Shown piece after piece: positions 55,359-64,000 of a stretch of 64,000 bases of DNA. The translations under genes were made by a program, and so were the position numbers. The DNA is taken from the sequence record MZ501075, one strand, 5' to 3'. Under the pieces are notes generated by a model. It was not told the origin of the DNA. It made no database searches and saw only the letters and a list, made by a program, of their open reading frames with translations. Numbering within the stretch: position 1 is the stretch's first letter; each line of letters starts with the position of its first letter. Source of the stretch: Escherichia phage IrisVonRoten.

Positions 55359-55958
55359 ATGACTAATAAAAAAGAAGAAAAGACTAACCTGTTCCACTCC
55401 ATTCGCCAATCTAATGAGTATACCTTCTTCTTTGATGAAGAACTTGGTCCGCCGGATGAATACCGTGATTTATCAATGGTACTTATGCAGGCAAATGAGG
55501 ACGATGAAATTAATCTGATGATTAATGGCCCTGGTGGTTATGTTGATACTGCTGCACAGTTATCTAACTTAATTGCTAATTGCCGTGGAACAGTTATAGG
55601 ACACCTGATTGGCCCTAGTGCTTCTGCTTACTGCACAATTTTTCTATCTTGTCATGGATGGGTAGTACATCCACATGCTACGCTAATGGGACACACGTTC
55701 TCTGGCGGGTTCTGTGAGAAAGGTCAAGAAATCAAGAAAGCCTATGAATCTTACAACAAGTTCGTAGAAGATATGATGCTAGATGTCTACTATCCGTTCT
55801 TCTCAATAGATGAAATCGACGAGATGGTAAAAGACAACAAAAATATCTATCTAGATAGCAAGGAAATCCATAAGCGTATTGAAATCTTGGCAAAATATCG
55901 ATCTGAGCAATATAATAAAGCCCAGTTACCTCAATCCGAGGAGCATAACGAAGAGTAA
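55359..55958 (+). CDS. ClpP-like serine peptidase family protein (tentative)
   Basis: INGPGGYV...GPSASAYC resembles the ClpP core; assignment tentative. Confidence 0.45.
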   Translation: MTNKKEEKTNLFHSIRQSNEYTFFFDEELGPPDEYRDLSMVLMQANEDDEINLMINGPGGYVDTAAQLSNLIANCRGTVIGHLIGPSASAYCTIFLSCHGWVVHPHATLMGHTFSGGFCEKGQEIKKAYESYNKFVEDMMLDVYYPFFSIDEIDEMVKDNKNIYLDSKEIHKRIEILAKYRSEQYNKAQLPQSEEHNEE

Positions 55959-55967
55959 GTAATTTTA

Positions 55968-55998
55968 AGCCAGGGTTAAGTACCCTGGCTTTTCTTTT
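55968..55998 (+). terminator. rho-independent terminator
   Basis: GCCAGGGT...ACCCTGGC hairpin + TTTTCTTTT. Confidence 0.7.
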
Positions 55999-56060
55999 AT
56001 CTAAAATTCTTCTTGACAACGACAAAATTTTGTGCTCCAAAGAAAATCTTTAAAAACACA

Positions 56061-56089
56061 TTGTAATTTTCCTCCAAAATTAGTATAAT
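56061..56089 (+). promoter_or_regulatory. sigma70-type promoter upstream of lysis genes
   Basis: TTGTAA, 17-bp spacer, TATAAT. Confidence 0.55.
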
Positions 56090-56771
56090 GGTACTGGTTA
56101 GAGGAGGTTACAAATTGGAAAAGTTCTTACAATTATTAACAGTACTGCTCCAAGAAGCGAAAGACCCAGCATCGCTTCTTAAACGTCTGCTAACTATCTT
56201 AGTTGCTGTCATTATTTTCTTATTTGTTAGTAATACTAGTGAAGTGATGTCATTCTTAAAGACTTTTTCCACGTCTGCAGTTTTACAAGATTTACAAACC
56301 CAGAGGATAGATAACTTCCCTAATGTGGCGAGGGAAAAGAGCATGGTTCTCTTCTCTCAGACGGGTGCAGATGCTGTTTTTGTAGTCAAGTATAAACCAG
56401 ATGCTATCAATGATTATTCCAATATTATTGCATGGGAAAGTAATGCGCAATTAGATAGGGCTGACTTGGCCGATAAAGCGGTAAATAAAACGTCTGAATT
56501 ATACAGACGTCATTTAGAGGGCTTTAACTACGCATCGGATTTAAGTGTAAGAGTAAATAAATATATGGGGTTAAATATACCTGCGTTTAAGAACGTTACT
56601 TTTAATTACATATACACTTGTCCGTACTTCAATCTAAACAATATCTATGCTGGATATATTGGTATTGCTTGGAAAGATAATCCTGTAGATGCAGCCGATT
56701 CTGAGAAATTTAACGAGTATTTAACAAAGCTCTGTTCCCCACAACAGAGATCTTTAGGTAGATCAATATGA
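56088..56771 (+). CDS. putative holin / lysis membrane protein
   Basis: N-terminal TM helix; stop overlaps endolysin start (ATGA). Confidence 0.5.
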   Translation: MVLVRGGYKLEKFLQLLTVLLQEAKDPASLLKRLLTILVAVIIFLFVSNTSEVMSFLKTFSTSAVLQDLQTQRIDNFPNVAREKSMVLFSQTGADAVFVVKYKPDAINDYSNIIAWESNAQLDRADLADKAVNKTSELYRRHLEGFNYASDLSVRVNKYMGLNIPAFKNVTFNYIYTCPYFNLNNIYAGYIGIAWKDNPVDAADSEKFNEYLTKLCSPQQRSLGRSI

Positions 56772-57181
56772 GTTTTAAATTTGGTAAAAATAGCGAAAAA
56801 CAATTAGCTACCGTTAAGCCAGAGCTACAAAAAGTAGCTCGTAGAGCTTTAGAATTATCTCCTTATGATTTCACGATCGTACAGGGTATTCGTACAGTAG
56901 CACAAAGTGCCCAGAATATTGCTAATGGTACTTCATTCTTAAAAGATCCTAGTAAAAGCAAGCATATTACTGGGGATGCTCTTGATTTTGCTCCATACAT
57001 TAATGGTAAGATTGATTGGAATGATTTAGAAGCATTTTGGGCAGTTAAAAAGGCTTTTGAACAAGCAGGTAAAGAACTAGGCATTAAACTTCGTTTTGGT
57101 GCTGATTGGAATGCTTCGGGAGATTATCACGATGAAATAAAACGTGGTACCTATGATGGCGGTCATGTCGAACTAGTTTAA
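56768..57181 (+). CDS. endolysin, L-alanyl-D-glutamate peptidase (M15 family)
   Basis: SKHITGDALD and GGHVELV zinc-ligand motifs; 137 aa. Confidence 0.8.
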   Translation: MSFKFGKNSEKQLATVKPELQKVARRALELSPYDFTIVQGIRTVAQSAQNIANGTSFLKDPSKSKHITGDALDFAPYINGKIDWNDLEAFWAVKKAFEQAGKELGIKLRFGADWNASGDYHDEIKRGTYDGGHVELV

Positions 57182-57258
57182 TTAATAACTTAGGCGGGAA
57201 TATTCCCGCCTTTTTAGGCAAAGGGGGCTTTAATAACTTTTGAAGATAGGAGAAAGCC

Positions 57259-57675
57259 ATGTTTGCAGAACTATTCACTATGATGCTACTAGGTATCTGG
57301 AAAATAAGTCTAGTAGTATTCGTTTTAATGATAGTCTTTACTATCGTTGCATTAACTACCCGAAATAGCTTATTAATAAAGGTTATTCACGGACTAGAGT
57401 ATATAATTATGGGTTCATTCGGCGTTTGTAAATGCAATTGCCATAGAGATACGAAATATTGTTGGTTATGGATGGAACTAGAGAATCCTATATCCATAGC
57501 TTTGGCTGTTTCATTCGGTATGATTCTTATGGCCCTTACTCTAGCATTAATACCTTTGATGTTAGCTGGGGGAGTTACAGCGTATTTCACCCTTTTCTCC
57601 CCGATACTTATGTACTCAATTTATCCAATAACTATGTATCTAGTTAGGAAAAGATTTATACATGCAGTAGATTAA
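57259..57675 (+). CDS. hypothetical membrane protein (possible lysis accessory)
   Basis: Multiple TM segments; adjacent to endolysin. Confidence 0.5.
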   Translation: MFAELFTMMLLGIWKISLVVFVLMIVFTIVALTTRNSLLIKVIHGLEYIIMGSFGVCKCNCHRDTKYCWLWMELENPISIALAVSFGMILMALTLALIPLMLAGGVTAYFTLFSPILMYSIYPITMYLVRKRFIHAVD

Positions 57676-57688
57676 GATAAAAAAGTAG

Positions 57689-57717
57689 TTGACTTTTAGC
57701 CCTAGTTATTATATAAT
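57689..57717 (+). promoter_or_regulatory. sigma70-type promoter
   Basis: TTGACT, 17-bp spacer, TATAAT. Confidence 0.6.
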
Positions 57718-57750
57718 ATATACATAAATTAGTTAAGAAAGGTATATATT

Positions 57751-58155
57751 ATGTCTGATCGTTTCTACACTCAAATGGCGGAACATTATAACATGGCCCC
57801 ATATGAGTTGAACATCGCATTACGTGACCTCAATTCACCAGAGCGTAAAAAACTTGAGAAGAGGGCAGGAACTACTATGTCTAAAGGCAAGAAACTTACT
57901 CGTATTGATCTTAATAACATGCTGACCGAAATGCTTGGTGTGAATATTGAGGGTGCGAAGTTGCCTCTCAATGTTCTTGAAGCTATGTTGGATAAAGTAA
58001 AGAATAAAACCTACAAAAAGGTAGAAGTCCCTGAAGGGCGTTTAAAAGCGCCTTACCAGGCAGCATTAACAGAATGTTTAGGAACTACTCTAGATCTCAG
58101 CACTGCAACTGTTAGGTGCATGAAAAACTTCTTGGAGGCCATTAATAAATTGTGA
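57751..58155 (+). CDS. hypothetical protein
   Basis: 134-aa ORF. Confidence 0.6.
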   Translation: MSDRFYTQMAEHYNMAPYELNIALRDLNSPERKKLEKRAGTTMSKGKKLTRIDLNNMLTEMLGVNIEGAKLPLNVLEAMLDKVKNKTYKKVEVPEGRLKAPYQAALTECLGTTLDLSTATVRCMKNFLEAINKL

Positions 58156-58691
58156 TAACACAAGAAAGATTAAAGGAATTACTAGATTATAACCCGGAAA
58201 CGGGTGTGTTTACCCGGTTAATAAGTGTTGGAGGCCAAAAAGTAGGTAGTATTGCTGGTACTCTAAGGAAAGATGGATATATACAAATCCGAGTTGATAG
58301 AAATCGTTATTATGCCCATCAGCTAGCTTTTCTTTTTATGGAAGGTTATTTACCAGAAATAGTAGATCATATAAATCGTATACGAAATGATAATAGGTGG
58401 GTCAATCTTAGGGAATCCAATAGTCAGAAGAACAACAGAAATAGGAACACTAAAAGTAAATCTGGCTACTTGGGGGTCTTCTGGGATACCCAAAAACAAA
58501 AGTGGAGAATAACTATTAGAGATTCTACAGGTAAAAATATTCATGGTGGTTATTTTAACTACTTAGACCTAAGATTAGCAGTCCAAAGAGCTAACGAACT
58601 CAGATTAAAATTACACGGACCCGATGCTATTCTAGAAACTTTCAACCCTACCAAGCTATTACCAACTTTAGAGGATTTAAATAATGAGTAA
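58152..58691 (+). CDS. HNH homing endonuclease, paralogue 2 of 3
   Basis: ITQERLKELL N-terminus; HQLAFLFMEGYLPEIVDHINRIRNDNRWVNL. Confidence 0.7.
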   Translation: MITQERLKELLDYNPETGVFTRLISVGGQKVGSIAGTLRKDGYIQIRVDRNRYYAHQLAFLFMEGYLPEIVDHINRIRNDNRWVNLRESNSQKNNRNRNTKSKSGYLGVFWDTQKQKWRITIRDSTGKNIHGGYFNYLDLRLAVQRANELRLKLHGPDAILETFNPTKLLPTLEDLNNE

Positions 58692-58977
58692 TAAATTAGT
58701 CTATCTATTAAAAGGTTCCACGTGTCGTCCTTGTGCTCTTTTTGAGCCAGTATTTGATAAAGTAGTCAATGAATATAATTTGGAAGTCCATAAAGAGACT
58801 GATAATACAGAATTAATGCAGAAGTTCGGAGTAAGAGCTGTTCCTGTAGTAGTTCTGGCGGATCGCTTACCTAATGGTCGAGTAGAAGCTAATCATATTT
58901 TGATTGGACGTCAGCTTCGTAAAGAAACTATGCACGAAGCTATTAAAAATTTCCTGGACGATAATCCAGAGGATTAA
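58684..58977 (+). CDS. thioredoxin/glutaredoxin-like protein
   Basis: CRPC redox motif near N-terminus. Confidence 0.55.
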   Translation: MSNKLVYLLKGSTCRPCALFEPVFDKVVNEYNLEVHKETDNTELMQKFGVRAVPVVVLADRLPNGRVEANHILIGRQLRKETMHEAIKNFLDDNPED

Positions 58978-58983
58978 TAAACC

Positions 58984-59016
58984 AAGCCTGATCTTAGCGG
59001 ATCAGGCTTTTATTTT
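58984..59016 (+). terminator. rho-independent terminator
   Basis: AAGCCTGATC...GATCAGGCTT hairpin + TTTATTTT. Confidence 0.7.
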
Positions 59017-59018
59017 AC

Positions 59019-59047
59019 TTGCTTTTTGCTAAAAATTTTGGTACAAT
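59019..59047 (+). promoter_or_regulatory. T5-type early promoter
   Basis: TTGCTT, 17-bp spacer, TACAAT. Confidence 0.6.
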
Positions 59048-59137
59048 ACTTATATAAATTGATGAGAAGGCTATCTTCGTATGGGTTCTAGTCATACTAA
59101 GGGCTATCTACGCACTACAAGAAATAGGAGTATTCCA

Positions 59138-59515
59138 ATGAACTATGCATATCTTATTATTAATAATAACGTAGTTTGTGGTACTCGCGCTGTTGAGATG
59201 GGTATTACAGAAGAAAAGTATAAGTCACTTCCAGAAAAGGAACAACAATATTATGTTGAAGAAGCTGCTTGGGAGTATGCTGAGGTTTATCCCGAAGAAC
59301 GTGAAGATCGTCTTACTCTTGTTGTGTCTCTGGGTTTGGTTGGCTATGATACCGAAGTTGATACAGACCTAGAGACTTTGGAGGAGTGGGAAGAGTTAGA
59401 TATCTCAGCTAAAAACTCCTTAATCCGTGAAGCCTTTTGGGAAGCTGTAGATTGCCACGTAGTATTTGAGCCTAATGATGAAGAGGCTGAAAAACATACC
59501 AACCATTGGAGATAA
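59138..59515 (+). CDS. hypothetical acidic protein
   Basis: Start moved to ATG after AGGAG SD. Confidence 0.55.
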   Translation: MNYAYLIINNNVVCGTRAVEMGITEEKYKSLPEKEQQYYVEEAAWEYAEVYPEEREDRLTLVVSLGLVGYDTEVDTDLETLEEWEELDISAKNSLIREAFWEAVDCHVVFEPNDEEAEKHTNHWR

Positions 59516-59519
59516 TTAA

Positions 59520-59765
59520 ATGTTAGCAGAGCAAGCAAAACATTTAGCTAGGGTTAATAGAGCTGCTCTTCTCAAGAGCAGAAAGAAACCGTATAGATAC
59601 GTTAAAAGACGGATTATATCTTCTGTAGAATGTGGTGGTTCTTATGTGCAGTTTAACCGTGATGAAATTAGTTATGAGGCCATAAAAGCCATTTATAAAG
59701 AGGGTTATACTCTCAAACTATCTAATAACTATGGTACAACTATTTTAAATGTTATTTGGGAATAA
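59520..59765 (+). CDS. hypothetical small protein
   Basis: 81-aa ORF. Confidence 0.5.
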   Translation: MLAEQAKHLARVNRAALLKSRKKPYRYVKRRIISSVECGGSYVQFNRDEISYEAIKAIYKEGYTLKLSNNYGTTILNVIWE

Positions 59766-59767
59766 TT

Positions 59768-60631
59768 ATGAAAAAAGAATTTAATGTGCATAAAACACTA
59801 GTAGTACCTGATGATGTTAACTTATTTTTTGTTGGTGATATTCATGGATGTAACGATTTACTAGAAGATGCACTACAATTAGCTGGCTATAACGGCAAGA
59901 AAGATTGCGTTGTATGCGTGGGAGATTTAATTGATCGAGGCACGCAGAACCTACAAGTTCTAGCTAAATTCTTATATAATCCACGTTTCTGTAGTGTTCG
60001 TGGAAATCATGACCAGTTTATGATTGTAGGAGATTGGGCTAACTGGATGTATAATGGTGGTATGTGGGCTATGAATGAGCTGGACGCAGATACCATTAAA
60101 AATATTGCCGAAGACATGGCTGAAAAACTTCCAGTATTTCTGACTGTGCTGCATCGTGGCAAGAAGTATGGTGTTGTTCATGGTGGTGTACCTTTTACAT
60201 ACAAAGAATGTGGTAACGAAGTAGAAACTCCAGTATGGGATAACCTTATTGCACAAGTAGAAGCAGCTAAGGAAGACCCACATGACCATCCTGGATACCA
60301 TGTTGAACCATATTTATGGGATCGAGATGTAATACAAGAAATAGGCTTCCATTTGTCCAAAAATGGTGAGGAACACCCCTACTTCCAGCGTTATGCAGGA
60401 TTTAAAGAAAAATACATGGTAGAAGTACCTTCAGTTAGTGGGGTAGACTTTGTGTTTCATGGACATACTGGAGTACCTTACCCTATTTTACACCAAAATC
60501 GTGTTTACCTAGATACTGGCGGTGTCTTCAACGGGCAGTTGACGGTTGCGCAAGTTAATGATGAAACTGGGAAAATCACAACATTTACCACGCTTCGAGA
60601 AGATAGCTGTGGCATACAGAGGATTCTTTAA
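59768..60631 (+). CDS. Ser/Thr protein phosphatase (PPP family, lambda-PPase-like)
   Basis: GDIHGC, GDLIDRG and RGNHD motifs. Confidence 0.8.
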   Translation: MKKEFNVHKTLVVPDDVNLFFVGDIHGCNDLLEDALQLAGYNGKKDCVVCVGDLIDRGTQNLQVLAKFLYNPRFCSVRGNHDQFMIVGDWANWMYNGGMWAMNELDADTIKNIAEDMAEKLPVFLTVLHRGKKYGVVHGGVPFTYKECGNEVETPVWDNLIAQVEAAKEDPHDHPGYHVEPYLWDRDVIQEIGFHLSKNGEEHPYFQRYAGFKEKYMVEVPSVSGVDFVFHGHTGVPYPILHQNRVYLDTGGVFNGQLTVAQVNDETGKITTFTTLREDSCGIQRIL

Positions 60632-61152
60632 TGAAAGTCTGCTTTTGGAGTGATCTACACTTAGGACATGCAAATATTACTAAATTCAGGCCAATCTTTT
60701 CTAGTATGGAAGAGCATGACGAATTTATTATGGATACCATTACATCCATGAAGGATAAGCGTACAGTATTCTATATTTTAGGGGATGCATTTGTATCTAG
60801 AGATGGTTTGGAGAAGTTTGGGAAACTCTTCAGCAATGTTAGAACTACATTAGTTTTGGGGAACCACGACTTAGAACGAGAGGGGTTATCTTTCAAAGAC
60901 TTAGTAGGAGTAGTAGATAGTGTACAATCCCTAGTTAAGTATAAAAACTTTTGGCTTTCCCATGCTCCAGTACATCCAGAAGAGTTAAGAGGCAAGAAGA
61001 ACTTACACGGACATACTCACTTTGAGTTAATGGGAGACCCTCGTTATATTAACGTTTGTGTAGAGTATGCAAAATCACCGGTACGCCTGGAAGACATCAT
61101 GAATGGTAAGTACACTTCTCATGATAAAACTAGCTGGATGTTAAATGTCTAA
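60631..61152 (+). CDS. calcineurin-like metallophosphoesterase
   Basis: SDLHLGH, LGDAF and GNHD motifs. Confidence 0.7.
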   Translation: MKVCFWSDLHLGHANITKFRPIFSSMEEHDEFIMDTITSMKDKRTVFYILGDAFVSRDGLEKFGKLFSNVRTTLVLGNHDLEREGLSFKDLVGVVDSVQSLVKYKNFWLSHAPVHPEELRGKKNLHGHTHFELMGDPRYINVCVEYAKSPVRLEDIMNGKYTSHDKTSWMLNV

Positions 61153-61260
61153 GTATATAGCTGAGGCTATCATTAAACGAGTCATACAAGCAGTAGCAAT
61201 ACTTATAATCATTTGTATTGCTATTGGTACAGGATTAGGCATTTTAATTAAAAGTTTTAT

Positions 61261-61289
61261 TTGCTAAAATGCTTAAGTTTCTGTATAAT
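61261..61289 (+). promoter_or_regulatory. T5-type early promoter
   Basis: TTGCTA, 17-bp spacer, TATAAT. Confidence 0.7.
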
Positions 61290-61319
61290 TACTTTATAAA
61301 TTGATGAGAAGGAAACAAA

Positions 61320-61751
61320 ATGAACAAAGTTGATAAAGCTCTAGTTTTCGCAGCAGCAGATAAGTTTGAACAAGTTAAGGCAACTTTCCGAACCTTGTTT
61401 CAGTCTTACGTTCAGGATAAGTCTAACCCTATCTCTGAACGATTAATGGTCTGGGAATGTCATGCTTGCAATGCCCTGCTAATTGCTGATTACCGTAGTG
61501 ATATAGATAAAGATCTTTGTGAAATCCTTATCCCCGAGGAAGCAGAACGTTATCAGCTAATCTCTTTCCAAGATTTGGCAGAGCAGATCATCCCTGATGA
61601 TCTTTGGGACAAATATTACGGTGATCCTGAAGACGAAGGAATGGCTCCAGAAGCATGTATTGAGTTAATCTGTAAAGATTATCCTGAAATTGCGGAAAAA
61701 TTTGAAAAAGTTTTTGCTTCTGAGTTCTCTGGTGTTGTTAACGATTGGTAA
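61320..61751 (+). CDS. hypothetical acidic protein
   Basis: 143-aa ORF. Confidence 0.6.
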   Translation: MNKVDKALVFAAADKFEQVKATFRTLFQSYVQDKSNPISERLMVWECHACNALLIADYRSDIDKDLCEILIPEEAERYQLISFQDLAEQIIPDDLWDKYYGDPEDEGMAPEACIELICKDYPEIAEKFEKVFASEFSGVVNDW

Positions 61752-61768
61752 GTAATTAAAAAATTCAG

Positions 61769-61797
61769 TTGCTTTAAGCCTTAAAATTCTGTATAAT
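61769..61797 (+). promoter_or_regulatory. T5-type early promoter
   Basis: TTGCTT, 17-bp spacer, TATAAT. Confidence 0.7.
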
Positions 61798-61829
61798 AAG
61801 TTCATAAATTAATGAGAGAGGAAATTCTA

Positions 61830-62108
61830 ATGGAAAACATGACTAAAGACTTCGACGCCTCTAACCTTACCAAGACTGAAATGGCCAATGTATTAGCAAT
61901 TCTCCTCGACATGCAAGGATTTGAGGGGCAACTGATGAAAATGTCTATTCCGGCGATGAAGAAGATGTACGATTCTCTTAACAAGAACGCTATGGCCTTT
62001 AATTTAGCAAAACAAGAGGCACGCTTTGCTAAGGAGCATCAAGCAGTGGCAGAACGCCGAGCAGCTAGCTTTGAGCGTGAAGTCAAGCAATTAAAGAAAA
62101 AATGTTAA
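61830..62108 (+). CDS. hypothetical protein
   Basis: Start placed after GAGAGAGGAAA SD. Confidence 0.55.
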   Translation: MENMTKDFDASNLTKTEMANVLAILLDMQGFEGQLMKMSIPAMKKMYDSLNKNAMAFNLAKQEARFAKEHQAVAERRAASFEREVKQLKKKC

Positions 62109-62638
62109 CACAAGAAAGATTAAAAGAGTTATTTGAATACCGCCCGGAAACGGGCGAGTTTATTAGATTAGTAAGTATAGGTAATCAAAAAGCTGGTAGT
62201 ATTGCTGGCTGTCTAAGAAAGACTGGGTATATAGAAATAAGAGTAGATAAAGTAGGCTACAAAGCACATCGACTAGCCTTCCTCTATATGGAAGGTTATA
62301 TTCCCAAAGTAATAGACCACGTAAATCGTATACGGAGTGATAATAGGTGGTCTAACCTTAGAGAATCTAATAACCAAGAAAATTCTAGAAATAGAACAGC
62401 AAGAAGCAAATCAGGGTATTTGGGAATCTTTTGGCATAAACAAAAGCAAAAATGGGAAGTAAGGGTTGTAGATTCATACAAAAAGTTAGTACATGGCGGG
62501 TATTTTGATTTCCTAGATCTAGAATTAGCGGTTCAAAGAGCTAATGAACTACGTTTAGAACTACAGGGGGCTAACGCTGTTATAGAAACTTTTGACCATA
62601 CAAAACCCTTACCTACTTTAGAGGAATTAAATAAATGA
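62102..62638 (+). CDS. HNH homing endonuclease, paralogue 3 of 3
   Basis: LTQERLKELF N-terminus; HRLAFLYMEGYIPKVIDHVNRIRSDNRWSNL. Confidence 0.7.
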   Translation: MLTQERLKELFEYRPETGEFIRLVSIGNQKAGSIAGCLRKTGYIEIRVDKVGYKAHRLAFLYMEGYIPKVIDHVNRIRSDNRWSNLRESNNQENSRNRTARSKSGYLGIFWHKQKQKWEVRVVDSYKKLVHGGYFDFLDLELAVQRANELRLELQGANAVIETFDHTKPLPTLEELNK

Positions 62639-62916
62639 TTACAGAAATTCTTATTGGGTTACTAATTCTTACTACGCTAGTAGCGATTGGTGGAATTATT
62701 GGGATTGTAAACGCGCGAAAAAACATGGAAAGTATGCTTATTACTAATGATGGACTACACCACCGTTTGCTAGAGCAAGAGCAAGATATTGAAATAGCCC
62801 AAAGACGCTCGGATATTCTTAAGGAAAAACTAAGTAATATAGAAGCAATAGTTGGGAATAATAAATTACCTGCTAAAGTAATGCGTACACAGATAATCAT
62901 GGAGATTAAAAAATGA
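62635..62916 (+). CDS. hypothetical membrane protein
   Basis: N-terminal TM helix. Confidence 0.5.
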   Translation: MITEILIGLLILTTLVAIGGIIGIVNARKNMESMLITNDGLHHRLLEQEQDIEIAQRRSDILKEKLSNIEAIVGNNKLPAKVMRTQIIMEIKK

Positions 62917-63158
62917 TGATGTTTATTCTAGCATTTTATTTGGTTGTGGTAGGGGTTCTAGTTACTAAGTACCATACATGGGCACCAAAGAATATAGCTA
63001 AGGTAGCATTATTTGTTATTCCAGTCCCACTTATTATACTTTCTATGTTACTGGTGATGTTAATCGGTAAAGTGACGAAGACCGATACTAAGCGCATTGC
63101 TGACGAATTGCAACAGTCCTGTGATATGATTGAGGATATTCTTAAAGATGAAACTTAA
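62913..63158 (+). CDS. hypothetical membrane protein
   Basis: Two TM segments. Confidence 0.5.
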   Translation: MMMFILAFYLVVVGVLVTKYHTWAPKNIAKVALFVIPVPLIILSMLLVMLIGKVTKTDTKRIADELQQSCDMIEDILKDET

Positions 63159-63474
63159 TTTTAACGAATTAAATACTTTGCATGAGCTGTTACAGTTTGT
63201 AAATAATAATATTAGTATTCCAGATGACACACTAGAAGTTCTCATGGTAATCGAGAAAAAGGTAGGAATTGCAATTGAGGACTCTTGGAAACCGCTCTCT
63301 GAACTGACACCTCTCAAAATGAAGGTGGTTGTTAAAAATATTGAAACTGGAGAAGAACGTGAGATGGTTCGTACAGAACTGGCGAATAGTTACTCTCCAA
63401 CGTCTGTAGTAATGCAACATGATGATGTTTCCGAAGTTCTACAGACAGCTAATTACGTATGGCGTCTCCCATGA
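63130..63474 (+). CDS. hypothetical protein
   Basis: 114-aa ORF. Confidence 0.5.
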   Translation: MRIFLKMKLNFNELNTLHELLQFVNNNISIPDDTLEVLMVIEKKVGIAIEDSWKPLSELTPLKMKVVVKNIETGEEREMVRTELANSYSPTSVVMQHDDVSEVLQTANYVWRLP

Positions 63475-63573
63475 TTGATTTAGTACCAATTACTGCAGGG
63501 CTAATAGCACTATTAGTGCTCGCAGTTTTCATTATTGTGGAGCAGGCCAAAGTAATAAGGAGACTTAAAAACA

Positions 63574-63774
63574 ATGATAAAACGTCTTGTTTATCAGGCA
63601 CCAAAGATTGTAACTGAGTATTTTGTATTACTTCCCCAGATTGTATTTCTAACAGCATTATTTAATATACTTTTTCGACATCTAGGAATAACGGAAAATA
63701 TATTCTACACTTCTGGGTTACTTCCTTTTATGTACGAAGGCATCATTATGGCAATTAACGGGGTTCGTAAATGA
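63574..63774 (+). CDS. hypothetical small membrane protein
   Basis: ATG after AATAAGGAGA SD. Confidence 0.5.
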   Translation: MIKRLVYQAPKIVTEYFVLLPQIVFLTALFNILFRHLGITENIFYTSGLLPFMYEGIIMAINGVRK

Positions 63775-64000
63775 CAGCACTACAACAACTACAGAATTAT
63801 TGGTTTGATAACCAATTTAACGATCTCTTCATCCAGTTATTTGTCGAAACGAATGGACGCTTCAATTACCGATTCTTTAATAAGTTTCATGAAACAAAGT
63901 TCTCACATACAGAAATTAATGCAGCGATTCAAGACCTAACTGGTTCTAAAGTAATTCAATATCGCGAAGTAGACTTTACACCAGATTGTTTTGGATTTGA
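63771..64000 (+). CDS. hypothetical protein, 5' part only (runs off right edge)
   Basis: ATG overlapping previous stop (ATGA); open to end of window. Confidence 0.45.
   Translation, partial: MTALQQLQNYWFDNQFNDLFIQLFVETNGRFNYRFFNKFHETKFSHTEINAAIQDLTGSKVIQYREVDFTPDCFGF

Noticed and set aside
1-64000. Integrase, transposase, IS element or rRNA
   Set aside because: No recombinase or transposase motifs and no rRNA-like sequence seen; the mobile-like elements present are homing endonucleases.

Overview
This window is the early/replication region of a T5-like coliphage (Demerecviridae). The identification rests on dozens of T5-type early promoters (TTGCTW, 17-bp spacer, TATAAT, then a conserved ATAAATTGATGAGAGG leader), including one on the minus strand near 12.8 kb that matches the T5 PN25 promoter as I recall it. 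Positions 1-22,013 are a minus-strand replication module: SF2 helicase, family A DNA polymerase, DnaG-like primase, DnaB-like helicase, split NAD-dependent DNA ligase, HNH endonuclease, a large P-loop replication ATPase, a Sir2-like protein, a HAD phosphatase and anaerobic ribonucleotide reductase NrdD. Positions 22,384-64,000 are mostly plus-strand: PhoH, NrdA, NrdB, DHFR, thymidylate synthase, RNase H, a NADAR/YbiA-like protein, a DEDDh exonuclease, a SleB-like hydrolase, an SPFH protein, a tRNA cluster, HNH and T5orf172 homing endonucleases, dNMP kinase, holin, endolysin, thioredoxin-like protein and two metallophosphatases. I count about 26 tRNAs covering all 20 amino acids, interleaved with small ORFs and several long tRNA-like or structured RNAs. 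The most unusual element is a compositionally distinct three-gene cassette on the opposite strand at 36.8-38.5 kb (glycine-zipper protein, Gln/Met-rich protein, Cys-pair peptide). Other candidates are an orphan FicA/VbhA-like antitoxin homologue, the NADAR protein and the Sir2 neighbourhood. All work was done by eye; coordinates of RNA and regulatory features are approximate (about 2 nt) and no database search was run.
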